From the NCBI GenBank assembly GCA_029287105.1, contig JARFRT010000374.1:1-36270 (forward strand): 36,270 nucleotides of DNA, in the 5' to 3' direction. Under the pieces are notes generated by a model, which saw only the letters and a list, made by a program, of their open reading frames with translations, made no database searches and was not told the origin of the DNA. Source of the stretch: Akkermansiaceae bacterium (GTDB taxonomy: Bacteria; Verrucomicrobiota; Verrucomicrobiia; Verrucomicrobiales; Akkermansiaceae). Within the stretch, counting starts at the first letter, position 1, and each line of letters begins with the position of its first letter. The position numbers were made by a program, and so were the translations under genes. This document shows, one piece after another, positions 26,758 to 36,270 of this stretch.

Positions 26758-28662
26758 ATGCAACATAGAACACCCGCACTCCATGGGAGTGCCGCCAAGT
26801 CGGCCCTGCACATTGCAGGGGCTCTCGCCTCCGTCGCAGCCATCACAGCCTTTGGCCTTCCTCCGGCCCACGCGGCAACCGGGCAAAACCCCGATGTCCT
26901 CCCGGACACGACGGTGATCGCCAACCGGGTCAAAACCGAGTTGATCAAAACCGGAAGTGCCGTCTCTGTCATCGATGTCAACGCCCTGGACCAGCAGGGC
27001 GTGCGCAACCTTGACGACGCCCTCAAGTTTGTGCCCGGCGTGATTTCCGAATCGCTTGGCGGCCAGAGGGGATCAGCATCCTCGCTCTTCTTCCGCGGCA
27101 CCAAAACCAACCACACCCATCTGGTTGTCGATGGCATGCGGGTCAGCGATGCCAATATGACCTTCGGGGGCTTTCTCGGTTCGTCGAACCTAAACGGGCT
27201 GTCACGTCTCGAGGTGCTGCGCGGCCCCCAGGGTGCCCTTTACGGCGGCGACTCGATTGGCGGCGTCATGGGGATCTACTCAACCAAGGGAAAAGGTGAC
27301 TCCAGCGGCAAACTTCGCGTCGAAGGCGGCACCTACAACACGTGGAACACCCTGCTGGCGATGCAGGGTGAGTCCGGTGATTTTGCCTACTCGCTGAACC
27401 TCGGCCATGAGCGTACTGACAACGACCTGCCGCACAATGCCTTCGAGATGTTTTCCTATGCCCTGCGTCTGGACTACGTGGTCAACCCCTGCCTGAATGT
27501 GGGTCTTACCCTGCGTGGTGCGGACACCACATTCCAGGCACCGCATTATGGCGGGCCATACAGCAGCCCGCTCGATGACGACCTCCAGTACACACTGGGC
27601 ACGGTTTTTGCCGCGTATGAGGTCAACCCGTTCTGGAGCACGAAACTCACACTTGGGATGTATGACCAGGAATACCACAGTGAAAGCCCTGTGTTCGGAT
27701 TCAATCCGGCGTCGTCCTATGGCACCGATGCCACCAAATATGCAGTCTACTGGGACAACACCCTGAAGTGGAATGATTGCCATACAACTGTCATCGGTGC
27801 TGTTTACGAGAACTCTGACTTTTCCTATCAGAGTGATTATTACGGCATCACCGGTGACGCGCGGACACGTGACCAGTATGGTTTTTACCTGAACCACATC
27901 TGGGATGTGACTGAGGACTTCAACATCACCGGAGGCGCGCGCTGGGAGGATTATGACGACTATGGCAATGAGGTTACCTGGCGTGCCTCGAGTGCCTACA
28001 CGGTGAGCCAAACCGACACCACCATCCGTGCCAGCATTGGCAGAGGTTTTCGCCCACCATCGTTTGTCGATCTCTATGGCTTTGGCGGGCAGGCACCCAG
28101 CCCGGGCCTTGGCGCGGAAACAGCGCTCGGGTGGGACCTCGGTATCGAGCAGTCGTTGTGCGCCGGCCAGTACACACTCGGCCTGACCTACTTCGAAAAC
28201 CGCATCGAAGACGCCATCACCTTCGTCCCCCAGCCCTATCCGACCCCTGGCTACAACACCAATGCCGGCGGGGTGACCAAAACCAACGGCATCGAGGCGT
28301 CGGCCGAAGCGAATTTCCTGCAGGACCGCCTCGGCGTCCGTCTGTCCTACACATGGCTTGACCGCGCCTTGGCCGAGATGCCCGAGCATTCACTGGGCCT
28401 GCGTATCCACGGCAAAATATCGGACAAGTTAGACATGGCCCTGACTGCCACATATCTGGATGAGCGTGCGTTTTTTGGCGATGAAGTTGACGCCTACGTC
28501 CTGGTCAATCTTTCCAGCAACTACCGGATCAATGATACCGTGACACTCAATTTGCGTGTCGAGAACCTCTTTGACGAGGACTATGAGTTCGCCCGGGGGT
28601 CGGGCGATGTTTACCCGGGCCGCGGTCGTGGCGTTATTGCCGGTTGTACGATCCAGTGGTAA
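26758..28662 (+). CDS. btuB: TonB-dependent cobalamin receptor
   Basis: TonB-box-like DTTVIA, plug motifs FRGT...LVVDG, EVLRGPQGALYG..IGGV, RVENLFDEDY, C-terminal Trp; located behind a B12 riboswitch. Confidence 0.88.
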   Translation: MQHRTPALHGSAAKSALHIAGALASVAAITAFGLPPAHAATGQNPDVLPDTTVIANRVKTELIKTGSAVSVIDVNALDQQGVRNLDDALKFVPGVISESLGGQRGSASSLFFRGTKTNHTHLVVDGMRVSDANMTFGGFLGSSNLNGLSRLEVLRGPQGALYGGDSIGGVMGIYSTKGKGDSSGKLRVEGGTYNTWNTLLAMQGESGDFAYSLNLGHERTDNDLPHNAFEMFSYALRLDYVVNPCLNVGLTLRGADTTFQAPHYGGPYSSPLDDDLQYTLGTVFAAYEVNPFWSTKLTLGMYDQEYHSESPVFGFNPASSYGTDATKYAVYWDNTLKWNDCHTTVIGAVYENSDFSYQSDYYGITGDARTRDQYGFYLNHIWDVTEDFNITGGARWEDYDDYGNEVTWRASSAYTVSQTDTTIRASIGRGFRPPSFVDLYGFGGQAPSPGLGAETALGWDLGIEQSLCAGQYTLGLTYFENRIEDAITFVPQPYPTPGYNTNAGGVTKTNGIEASAEANFLQDRLGVRLSYTWLDRALAEMPEHSLGLRIHGKISDKLDMALTATYLDERAFFGDEVDAYVLVNLSSNYRINDTVTLNLRVENLFDEDYEFARGSGDVYPGRGRGVIAGCTIQW

Positions 28663-28748
28663 CAAATCGCTGCTGGATTGACGCCCCCTATTAGCCTTAC
28701 ATGATCACTACAGGGGGCTCAACTTACCTCCCCGCCCACTGACCCATC

Positions 28749-29705
28749 ATGCCCGCCGTCCGACCATCCCCCCAGAAATCGCCCCAAAGATCCACACGAG
28801 CCATGCTGCTCGCTGTGGCTGTCGCGCTCAGTTTTATCGGCTGCCATTACGCGCGTCTGTGGGTCCAACCCATGGCCGCCGCCGCCGAGTTCAGCAAAGA
28901 TCAGCCCGGCCATTACCACCGCGTCATCGGACTCTCCCCGAGCATTGTGGAGGTCATCTACCAGCTCGGCCTCCACGACCGGCTCGTCGGGGTTTCCCGA
29001 TTCTGTTACCACCCACCGGAAGCCCAACAAAAAACCGTTGTCGGCGGCTACGTTGATCTCGACTACGAAGCTGTGCTCGGTCTCAAGCCTGACTGTGTCA
29101 TCCTCTTGGAAGAGCAAAAAACCCTTGCGACCAAGCTCAACGCAATGGGGATCCACACCGTCATCCTCGATCATGCCAGCACTCAGGGAGTGATAGATTC
29201 GATCTCCATTTTGGGCAAAGCATTTGCAAAAGAACCACTAGCCGATCAAATCGTGCAAACGATGAATGATCGGGTGAGCGCGCTCACCCAAAAGGCCCGC
29301 AGTACAAAAAACAGACCACGCATCCTTGTCTGTATCGAACGTGATACCAACTCAGCATTTCCCGACCGGGTCATCGCGGCAGGCAACAAGGGAGTTCATC
29401 AGGAGTATATCAATCTGGTTAATGGTGTGAATGCCTACCAGGGCCCTGTCGCCTACCCCCTGCTGTCGCGTGAAAAGCTCATCCACCTCGATCCGGATAT
29501 CATCATCGACCTCATCCGGGAGGATGTCTGGAAGACAAAAGGCCGCGACACACTCCTGCGCCAATGGCAGGCCTATGGGGAATTGCGGGCGGTAAAAAAC
29601 AAACGCCTTGTATTCCTCCACGAACACAAACATATGATTCCCGGACCACGATTCATCGACACCTTGGAAATTTTTGCGCAAGCTGCCGCAATCACCCATG
29701 AATGA
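28749..29705 (+). CDS. btuF: Cobalamin/iron-chelate ABC substrate-binding protein
   Basis: RVIGLSPSIVEVIYQLG..LVGVSRFCYHP, DYEAVLGLKPD, PGPR. Start may be 28803. Confidence 0.8.
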   Translation: MPAVRPSPQKSPQRSTRAMLLAVAVALSFIGCHYARLWVQPMAAAAEFSKDQPGHYHRVIGLSPSIVEVIYQLGLHDRLVGVSRFCYHPPEAQQKTVVGGYVDLDYEAVLGLKPDCVILLEEQKTLATKLNAMGIHTVILDHASTQGVIDSISILGKAFAKEPLADQIVQTMNDRVSALTQKARSTKNRPRILVCIERDTNSAFPDRVIAAGNKGVHQEYINLVNGVNAYQGPVAYPLLSREKLIHLDPDIIIDLIREDVWKTKGRDTLLRQWQAYGELRAVKNKRLVFLHEHKHMIPGPRFIDTLEIFAQAAAITHE

Positions 29706-30510
29706 TAGCCGCGACATCGCCATTGAGATTAACGAACTCAGCCTGAGCATCGGCCAACGCCGGCTGCTCGATGGCGTGACCCTGCATGCCGAGGCGGGTG
29801 AACGAATCGCCATTGTAGGTCCCAATGGGGCTGGAAAAACAACACTGCTCCGCCTTCTGCTAGGACTTATTCCAAGCGAACGGGGCCGGATCAAACTCGG
29901 AGGCAGCGCATTGACATCCCTGTCCCGGCGGGAAGTTGCGCGGCTGATTGGATATGTCCCGCAGCAGCTCGCGGACGACATCCCCTTTACCGTGATCGAA
30001 TTCATCGTGATGAGCCGCTATGCCCACGCACAGAGCGGGGGGATCATCCCGCGGGACCGCGAGGGTGAGAAGATCGCGAGGCAATCCACCGAGCGCGTAG
30101 GCATCCGGCATCTGGAGAACCAGACCATGGCCACCCTCAGCGGCGGCGAACGGCAGAAGGTCAACATTGCCGCCGCCCTTGCCCAGCAGACACCCATCCT
30201 CGTCCTCGACGAACCGTCGGCTCACCTCGACCCGAAACAGCGCGAATCGATCCAGCGCCTGCTCAGTGAGATCGGGCGCAAAAGCAACACCACGGTGCTC
30301 ACCGTCACCCATGACCTGAACTGGGCGGCCATGGACTTCGACCGCATCATCGGCATGGCTCACGGCAGGGTGCTTGCCGACGACACCCCCTCCCGGGTGG
30401 TCACCCCGGAGAACCTCCTCGCCATCTTCGATGCCAACTGGACCATCCAAGCTCATCCACAAAGTGGCTGCCCGATGGTCCTGCCCACCCACCACACCCC
30501 TGCCCGCTAG
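29698..30510 (+). CDS. btuD: Cobalamin/iron-chelate ABC ATP-binding protein
   Basis: GPNGAGKT, YVPQ, LSGGERQK, LDEPSAHLD, THDLN. Confidence 0.82.
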   Translation: MNDSRDIAIEINELSLSIGQRRLLDGVTLHAEAGERIAIVGPNGAGKTTLLRLLLGLIPSERGRIKLGGSALTSLSRREVARLIGYVPQQLADDIPFTVIEFIVMSRYAHAQSGGIIPRDREGEKIARQSTERVGIRHLENQTMATLSGGERQKVNIAAALAQQTPILVLDEPSAHLDPKQRESIQRLLSEIGRKSNTTVLTVTHDLNWAAMDFDRIIGMAHGRVLADDTPSRVVTPENLLAIFDANWTIQAHPQSGCPMVLPTHHTPAR

Positions 30511-30525
30511 GACCCGCCAGCTTCC

Positions 30526-31524
30526 ATGGTTTCCTCACCTCGAAAATTCATTCTCTTCATCCTCCTGCCGCTTGCCGTCATGACCTTGATGGTGATGCCA
30601 TGGATCGGGCAACATCTGCCGGGCTGGGATGTTCTTTTCAGACCTGGTGCTGAAGATCTCGATGCGATCATCTTCTGGAAAATACGTGTCCCACGTGTTC
30701 TGTTAGCCATGTTTGCAGGTATGGGTCTCTCGCTCGGTGGGGTTGTCTTCCAAGCCATTTTCCGGAACCCCTTGGCGACGCCATTTACGCTTGGTGTGGC
30801 CGGCGGCGCGTCACTGGGTGTGACCTTGGCCATTTTTCTCGGACTTAACCTGACCATCCTCGGCGTCTCCGGCGTCTCTCTCGCTGCGCTGGTGGGGGCC
30901 ATGGGATCGATCACGATCGTCTATGGTATTGCGCGCGCCACGAGCAACGTCTCGCCCAATACGATGCTCCTGGGAGGCGTGGCCATCAGCTTTTTCTTCT
31001 CCAGCCTGATCCTCTTGCTGCAGTATCTCGGCGACATGAGTGATTCCTTCCGTATCATCCACTGGTTGATGGGAGATCTGAGTCGGGCCAGCGCCGAAGC
31101 CATTTTCCAGATTCTCCCCTTTATTGTCAGCGGCATTCTGATCACGGGATTTCTTTACCGCGAACTCAATCTGCTATCCATCCATGACGACCTGGCGGGC
31201 AGTTGTGGTCTGCATGTTGAAAAGATGCGGATCATTCTCTTTCTCGCCGTCTCGCTGATGATTGCCGGTATTGTCACCGTCTGCGGGCCGATCGGATTTG
31301 TCGGCATCATGGCGCCTCATATTTGCCGTCTCATCGTCGGTGCCAATCACCGCAATCTGATCCCCGCGGCGATTCTCTTTGGCGGTGTTTTCCTCACCCT
31401 CTGCGACACCCTGGCCCGGACCATCGCCACCTCTGCCGAAGTCCCGGTAGGGATCATCACCGCGATCCTCGGCGGCCCGTTTTTCCTCTGGCTTTTGTTT
31501 AAAAAAGCACGTAGTCACGGCTGA
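30526..31524 (+). CDS. btuC: Cobalamin/iron-chelate ABC permease (FecCD/BtuC family)
   Basis: IRVPRV, FRNPLATPFTLGVAGGA, WLMGDL, GPIGFVGIMAPH, EVPVGIITAILGGPFF. Confidence 0.85.
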   Translation: MVSSPRKFILFILLPLAVMTLMVMPWIGQHLPGWDVLFRPGAEDLDAIIFWKIRVPRVLLAMFAGMGLSLGGVVFQAIFRNPLATPFTLGVAGGASLGVTLAIFLGLNLTILGVSGVSLAALVGAMGSITIVYGIARATSNVSPNTMLLGGVAISFFFSSLILLLQYLGDMSDSFRIIHWLMGDLSRASAEAIFQILPFIVSGILITGFLYRELNLLSIHDDLAGSCGLHVEKMRIILFLAVSLMIAGIVTVCGPIGFVGIMAPHICRLIVGANHRNLIPAAILFGGVFLTLCDTLARTIATSAEVPVGIITAILGGPFFLWLLFKKARSHG

Positions 31525-31633
31525 GCGCCCACGGACCACCCGAACGGCGCCCGGATCCGCCCGCCTCCTGAAATAATGCGCGCTTTTTCGCCTCATCTGG
31601 TGTTTACTTCACGAGTATAAGCCCTTCCCAACC

Positions 31634-33241
31634 ATGCCCCGTAAATCCCGCCTTCAACTCATTTTCCCTGCCTTGTTTCTCATCGCAGTGATGGCGGGGT
31701 ATTTCCTGACGCGCACGGCCGACCCGGCCAAGGAAGTGCCCCGGGCCTCCCCCAAGCCCGCAAGCCAAGCCCGGCAATCGACGCTGCCCGCCAACCCGGC
31801 TCTGACACGCACGGCTCGCCGGGCCAACGCCGACCCCGATCGCGACGCCCCCCCGTTCGCGATTGCCAACGAACGTATTGCCCGCTTCAACGACGACGCC
31901 TCCTACCGCAAATTCCTCGCCGGTCTTAGCGGCCGCGGGCTGCGGTTATTGGGAAAATCAGACCGGCTGCGGGCGGTCCGGTTCGGATGGGGTGATGATT
32001 TCGACCCAAGCGACCTGGACGATGCCGGGCTAGGTTACAACTACATCGTCACCATCCCCGCGCCCCCCGATGCCGGGGCGCAGGCGGGTGCTGTCGGCTT
32101 TGGCCGGAACGCCCTGGCCTGGCTAGGGGTCGGGCAGGATAACTCGGCATGGGGCAAGGGCGTGACCGTGGCGCTGCTGGATTCCGGAGTGAACGACCAT
32201 ACCGCGCTGAACGGCGGCAACGGCAAGGTCACCGCCATCACGCTCACCGAGCTTGGCGCCGGGGGTGTTCAGCTCGGGCACGGAACCGCGGTGGCATCGA
32301 TCATTTCAGGCGACCATCCACTCACGCCCGGGGTGGCTCCGGCCTCCGATCTGCTCTCGATCCGGATCACCGATGCGGAAGGCACCTCCAATTCCTTTAC
32401 CCTGGCCGAGGGTATCCTGCGGGCCGCCGACTCGGGTGTGGACATCATCAATATTTCCATGGGCTCCTACGGAAACAGTTCGCTTGTCGCGGATGCGGTG
32501 AAGTATGCGCAGGAAAAGGGGGTGGTGATCGTGGCATCCTCGGGTAACGGGGGCTTGGCGGCCCTCGCCTACCCAGCCGCCTATGAAGGCGTGATCGCCG
32601 TGGGTGCCGTGGAAGGAACCGGCGAGCATCTTGATTTTTCCAACCGAGGTGACGGGCTCGACATCTCGGCACCCGGGTTTCAGATCAATGCCGCATGGGG
32701 GGAAGAATTGCTGACCTCCTTTTCGGGAACCTCGGCCAGTGCGCCGTTTATCAGCGGGGCGATTGCCGCGGCCATGTCTGAAAACCCGCACATGACCGCC
32801 CGGCAAGCGGCCGACCTTGTCCTGGGGGTAGCCAATGACGCCGGCTACCCTGGTGATGACCCCGTCTACGGCAGCGGCATCCTCGCTTTGGACCGTGTGA
32901 TGGAACACGGGACCCCTGGGATTTATGACGTCGCCATTGCCAGTCAGGTTCTGATTCCCGCCGACGCCGCGACATCCCTGCCCCAGGTCCTGGTGACCGT
33001 GCAGAACCAGGGCACGGAAACCGTCATCAACAGCCCGGTAAGCATCGTCAGCCCCAGTGGCACCCAAACCGTCAATATCAGCAGCCTGGCACCGGGGCAG
33101 ATTCACACCATCCGCGTGCCCGTGGCGCTTCCTGCCAACGGTGATCCGATCACGATCAACGCCTCGGTGCAAAGCACGGAGGGCGACAAGGACGCCAGCA
33201 ATAACAGCCGAAGTGACAGCTTCGCCCAAGAGCAACCGTAA
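31634..33241 (+). CDS. Membrane-anchored S8 (subtilase) serine peptidase with C-terminal CARDB/Ig-like domain
   Basis: Catalytic VALLDSG, HGTAVA, SSGN and GTSASAP. C-terminal VTVQNQG...LAPG...E.D..NN. Confidence 0.88.
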   Translation: MPRKSRLQLIFPALFLIAVMAGYFLTRTADPAKEVPRASPKPASQARQSTLPANPALTRTARRANADPDRDAPPFAIANERIARFNDDASYRKFLAGLSGRGLRLLGKSDRLRAVRFGWGDDFDPSDLDDAGLGYNYIVTIPAPPDAGAQAGAVGFGRNALAWLGVGQDNSAWGKGVTVALLDSGVNDHTALNGGNGKVTAITLTELGAGGVQLGHGTAVASIISGDHPLTPGVAPASDLLSIRITDAEGTSNSFTLAEGILRAADSGVDIINISMGSYGNSSLVADAVKYAQEKGVVIVASSGNGGLAALAYPAAYEGVIAVGAVEGTGEHLDFSNRGDGLDISAPGFQINAAWGEELLTSFSGTSASAPFISGAIAAAMSENPHMTARQAADLVLGVANDAGYPGDDPVYGSGILALDRVMEHGTPGIYDVAIASQVLIPADAATSLPQVLVTVQNQGTETVINSPVSIVSPSGTQTVNISSLAPGQIHTIRVPVALPANGDPITINASVQSTEGDKDASNNSRSDSFAQEQP

Positions 33242-33297
33242 GAAAAGCCCCCCTTCCCGAATCCGCCGCAGCGGGAGCAAACCGCTTTTCGGCAGCC

Positions 33298-33334
33298 AAA
33301 AAAACGGCACCATACCGGGGTATGGTGCCGTTTT
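33298..33334 (-). terminator. Strong (likely bidirectional) intrinsic terminator after rpsD
   Basis: Inverted repeat AAAACGGCACCATAC-cggg-GTATGGTGCCGTTTT; T7 tract on the minus strand and T4 on the plus strand. Confidence 0.85.
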
Positions 33335-33355
33335 GAAAAAGAGAATTTACGTCGT

Positions 33356-33967
33356 TTAACGCGAGTAGAGTTCCACCACAAGCTGCACGTTGACTTGGTG
33401 ATCGAAGTCATCGTTTTCAGGAACGCGGTTGATCTTGCCCTTCATGTCAGCACGGTCAAGGGTGAGCCATTCTTTCGATGGTACCGCTTGGGTGAGATCC
33501 ATGTAGCGCAGGCCGAGCTGCTGTGAGCTTGGTTTGTCCTGCACCGTGACGGTGTCACCGGGCTTGCATTGGAAACTCGGGATATCGACACGTTTTCCGT
33601 TCACTTCAATGTGGCCGTGATTGACCATTTGACGTGCTGCGGAACGCGTGTTGCCAAGGCCGAGGCGATAGCAAACGTTGTCGAGACGAAGTTCAAGCAG
33701 CTGACAAAGCACCTCGCCGGTAATTCCGCGGCGACGGCTTGCCTCCGCGTAATAGAGGCGGAATTGCTTCTCCAGGACGCCAAACTGGAAACGAAGCTTC
33801 TGCTTCTCTCCGAGGGCGACTGCGTAATCCGACTTCTTCCGACGTCCGGCGCGCACACCGTGCTGGCCGGGAGGGAAGGAACGACGTTCAAGCGCTTTGG
33901 AAGGTCCGAATAGGGCGACGCCGAAACGGCGGCTGATTTTATCTTTGGGGCCAGTGTAACGAGCCAT
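33356..33967 (-). CDS. rpsD: 30S ribosomal protein S4
   Basis: MARYTGP, PPGQHG, EKQK, LELRLDNV, ARQMVNHGHI, VVELYSR. Confidence 0.98.
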   Translation of the reverse strand: MARYTGPKDKISRRFGVALFGPSKALERRSFPPGQHGVRAGRRKKSDYAVALGEKQKLRFQFGVLEKQFRLYYAEASRRRGITGEVLCQLLELRLDNVCYRLGLGNTRSAARQMVNHGHIEVNGKRVDIPSFQCKPGDTVTVQDKPSSQQLGLRYMDLTQAVPSKEWLTLDRADMKGKINRVPENDDFDHQVNVQLVVELYSR

Positions 33968-34004
33968 AATATAAGTAAGTTAAAGAGTTGAAAATAATGG
34001 TTAA

Positions 34005-34613
34005 TTACACACGGCGCGCTTTCTTAGGGCGGCAGCCGTTGTGAGGAATAGGAGTGACGTCCTTGATTGCGGTGATGTTGATGCCGAGGCCTTGCACAGC
34101 ACGAACAGCGGATTCACGGCCGGAACCGGGTCCCTTGACGCGAACTTCAGCTTGCTTGAGTCCGTGACTCATGGCTTGACGGCAGGCATCCTGGGAAACG
34201 ACCTGAGCCGCATAGGCTGTGCTCTTGCGCGATCCCTTGAATCCCATCTTTCCGGCGCTGGACCAGCCAATGGAGTTGCCATTGAGGTCGGTAACCGTGA
34301 CAAGCGTGTTGTTGAACGTCGCGATGATGTGAACCACACCGGTCTGGACGTTCTTGCTCTTCTTCGCCTTGTGAATGCGGATCTGCTCTTCCTCGCCTCC
34401 GGCGATTTCAGCAAAAATGTCGCGCTTCTTTTCGGGTGCCTTGGGCGCCTCTTCAGCAGGAGCTTCCGGGGTGGCGGGAGCCGCCTCTTCGGCTGCGGGT
34501 GTCTCGGCAGGCGCTTCAACCTTTTCAGCTTTGGACTCTTCCGCAGCAGGCGCTTCGGCAGGAACCTCAGCAGGTGTCGCTACCGCGTCGTCTTTGATTT
34601 CTTCTTCAGACAT
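34005..34613 (-). CDS. rpsK: 30S ribosomal protein S11 with a long acidic N-terminal extension
   Basis: [44 protein letters not shown]. Confidence 0.97.
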   Translation of the reverse strand: MSEEEIKDDAVATPAEVPAEAPAAEESKAEKVEAPAETPAAEEAAPATPEAPAEEAPKAPEKKRDIFAEIAGGEEEQIRIHKAKKSKNVQTGVVHIIATFNNTLVTVTDLNGNSIGWSSAGKMGFKGSRKSTAYAAQVVSQDACRQAMSHGLKQAEVRVKGPGSGRESAVRAVQGLGINITAIKDVTPIPHNGCRPKKARRV

Positions 34614-34640
34614 AATAATAAATAGTTTGTGGTCAGTGGA

Positions 34641-35009
34641 TTACTTTTTCACACCTACGGTGCGCTTCTTGCCCTTACGGGTGCGGGCGTTCGTGCTGGT
34701 GCGCTGGCCACGGACGGGGAGACCTACCTTGTGACGGATGCCACGGTAGCAGTTGATCGCTTGAAGTCGCTTCATAGCGGCTTGCTTTTCGCGACGAAGG
34801 TCACCTTCGATGAGAATAATCTCGGAGGTGATTACTTGGGCAATTTTAACAAGCTGTTCTTCCGTGAGTTCGCCGGTGCGGATATCTGGATCCACTCCTG
34901 CTTGCTCGAGAATACGCTTGGAGGTCGTTTGACCTATGCCATAAATGTAGGGAAGAGAAGCTTCGATGCGCTTCTCATTCGGTATTTCTGTGCCGAATAT
35001 ACGTGCCAT
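34641..35009 (-). CDS. rpsM: 30S ribosomal protein S13
   Basis: MARIFG, IYGIG, EGDLRR, YRGIRH..GLPVRGQRTSTNARTRKG. Confidence 0.98.
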   Translation of the reverse strand: MARIFGTEIPNEKRIEASLPYIYGIGQTTSKRILEQAGVDPDIRTGELTEEQLVKIAQVITSEIILIEGDLRREKQAAMKRLQAINCYRGIRHKVGLPVRGQRTSTNARTRKGKKRTVGVKK

Positions 35010-35244
35010 GATCCTTGTTTTAGCTGGATTGTTTTTTGTAGTTGGTAGGTGTGCTCATACCGGAGAAATTTCTCAGGTATGATAGCCCGTCTGGACATCC
35101 TGCACACCGCGCGGGACGGGGTATTTAGCAGAGATATACCGTCTGGCAAGCGAGAACTGATGATTTATCATCTTCAGGCCCCTATTTATCGGGAAATCGA
35201 CCCAATTCAACCCAATTCAACCCTCACCACCTCCGCAAAGGCAG

Positions 35245-35316
35245 GACTTCCCGACTTCAGGACTTCCCGACTTCAGGACTTCAGGACTTCAGGACTTCAG
35301 GACTTCAAGACTTCAA
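35245..35316. repeat. 8-bp tandem repeat (GACTTCAG consensus) x9 spanning the lysA stop codon
   Basis: Units gacttccc, gacttcag, gacttccc, gacttcag x4, gacttcaa x2. Confidence 0.92.
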
Positions 35317-36270
35317 CACCCTCTTCTCGCTGGCGAGAATATCATCCATCGTCTGCCTCGGGCGGATCACGCGCGCCTGCTCACCCTCGACCAGTATCTC
35401 CACGGGAAGTGGTCGGGAGTTGTAGTTCGACGCCATCACAAATCCGTATGCGCCGGCGCTCAGCAGGGCAATGGCCTCGCCAGGGGCAAAATCGGGAAGT
35501 TCACGGTCCTGGCAGAAAAAGTCGCCGGTTTCACAGACCGGACCGACCACATCGACCTTTGATGACGCACCCGATGGCTCCCTGAGCGGCACAATTTCGT
35601 GGTGCCCTTCGTAGAGGGCGGGCCGGATAAGATCATTCATACCCGCGTCCACAATCCGGAATGTTTTGGCCGCCCCCCTTTTCTCGTAGAGACAGCGCGT
35701 CAAAAGAACGCCTGCGTTACCGACAATATAGCGCCCTGGCTCGAGAAGTATCTTCAAACCCGTCTGTTTCAAAACGGGAATCACACCGGCGGCATACTGC
35801 TCGATGGTCAACGGCTTCTGATCCTCATCCCGGTCCGTCCACCAGCCGGACTGACCCGACTCCAGGGCAGGATCGTACACAATCCCGACTCCGCCACCAA
35901 TGGAGAAAAACTCAATCCCGTGGGCAGCCTTCAACCGGATGGCAAGCGGGGACACTTTTTCAACCGCCTCGATAAATGGCTGCAATGAGGTGAGCTGGGA
36001 GCCGATATGCATCTGCAGACCCCGGAGGAGGATGTGGGGTAATTGCGCGGCGCGCGCGTACGCATCGTCGATCGAGGCGAAGTCCACGCCAAACTTGTTC
36101 TCCGACTTGCCGGTGGAGATGTACTTGTGCGTCTTGGCATCGACATTCGGATTCACACGGTAGGCAACGGGAGCCACCTTGCCCATCTCACCGGCCACGG
36201 CATTGATAAAGACCACTTCCTCTTCACTTTCGGCATTGAAGCAGTAAATCCCCTCGGCCAAGGCGTATTC
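35305..36270 (-). CDS. lysA: Diaminopimelate decarboxylase (5'-truncated by window edge)
   Basis: RVNP..DAKTHKYISTG..ENKFG, HIGSQ, EPGR, GPVCETGD, GAYG..MASNYNSRP. Frame is open to base 36270. Confidence 0.96.
   Translation of the reverse strand, partial: EYALAEGIYCFNAESEEEVVFINAVAGEMGKVAPVAYRVNPNVDAKTHKYISTGKSENKFGVDFASIDDAYARAAQLPHILLRGLQMHIGSQLTSLQPFIEAVEKVSPLAIRLKAAHGIEFFSIGGGVGIVYDPALESGQSGWWTDRDEDQKPLTIEQYAAGVIPVLKQTGLKILLEPGRYIVGNAGVLLTRCLYEKRGAAKTFRIVDAGMNDLIRPALYEGHHEIVPLREPSGASSKVDVVGPVCETGDFFCQDRELPDFAPGEAIALLSAGAYGFVMASNYNSRPLPVEILVEGEQARVIRPRQTMDDILASEKRVLKS

Noticed and set aside
28678-28722. Hairpin between btuB and btuF as a terminator
   Set aside because: The loop is about 22 nt and there is no U-tract; it could be an mRNA-stabilising stem or internal promoter but is not supportable as a terminator.
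35049-35585. 178-aa ORF with QDFRTS repeats
   Set aside because: A translation artefact of the octamer repeat, antisense to lysA and the rpsM leader.

Overview
A 36 kb chromosomal window from a GC-rich diderm bacterium. It is most likely PVC/Verrucomicrobiales; this is an inference from the planctomycete-type cytochrome c, the permease-DtxR fusion and the System II layout. Left arm (+ strand): 3' end of mfd, an unusually long single-chain pyruvate:ferredoxin oxidoreductase, a SurA-type PPIase, an SDR, hemW, a TPR protein, a lipoprotein-ccsB-ccsA cytochrome c maturation unit, hemE and hemN. A RAYT-like HUH/Y1 transposase converges on hemN. Centre (- strand): purH and a five-gene Mn/Fe/Zn ABC operon. 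This operon contains an outer-membrane beta-barrel gene and a permease fused to a DtxR/MntR repressor, and has a long palindromic operator candidate upstream. Right arm: a membrane cytochrome c-LRR protein, a DksA/TraR protein, a cobalamin riboswitch with btuB-F-D-C, an S8 protease, an rpsM-rpsK-rpsD operon that terminates without rpoA, and the 3' part of lysA. No tRNA, rRNA or CRISPR array was seen. The best leads are (i) the self-contained metal-uptake module (operator, OM channel, membrane-tethered repressor), (ii) the HUH nuclease with flanking dyads at a C-rich to G-rich strand switch, (iii) a recurring heptamer motif abutting start codons, and (iv) structured leaders upstream of rpsM and PFOR. 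All calls come from motif recognition by eye; no database searches were run.
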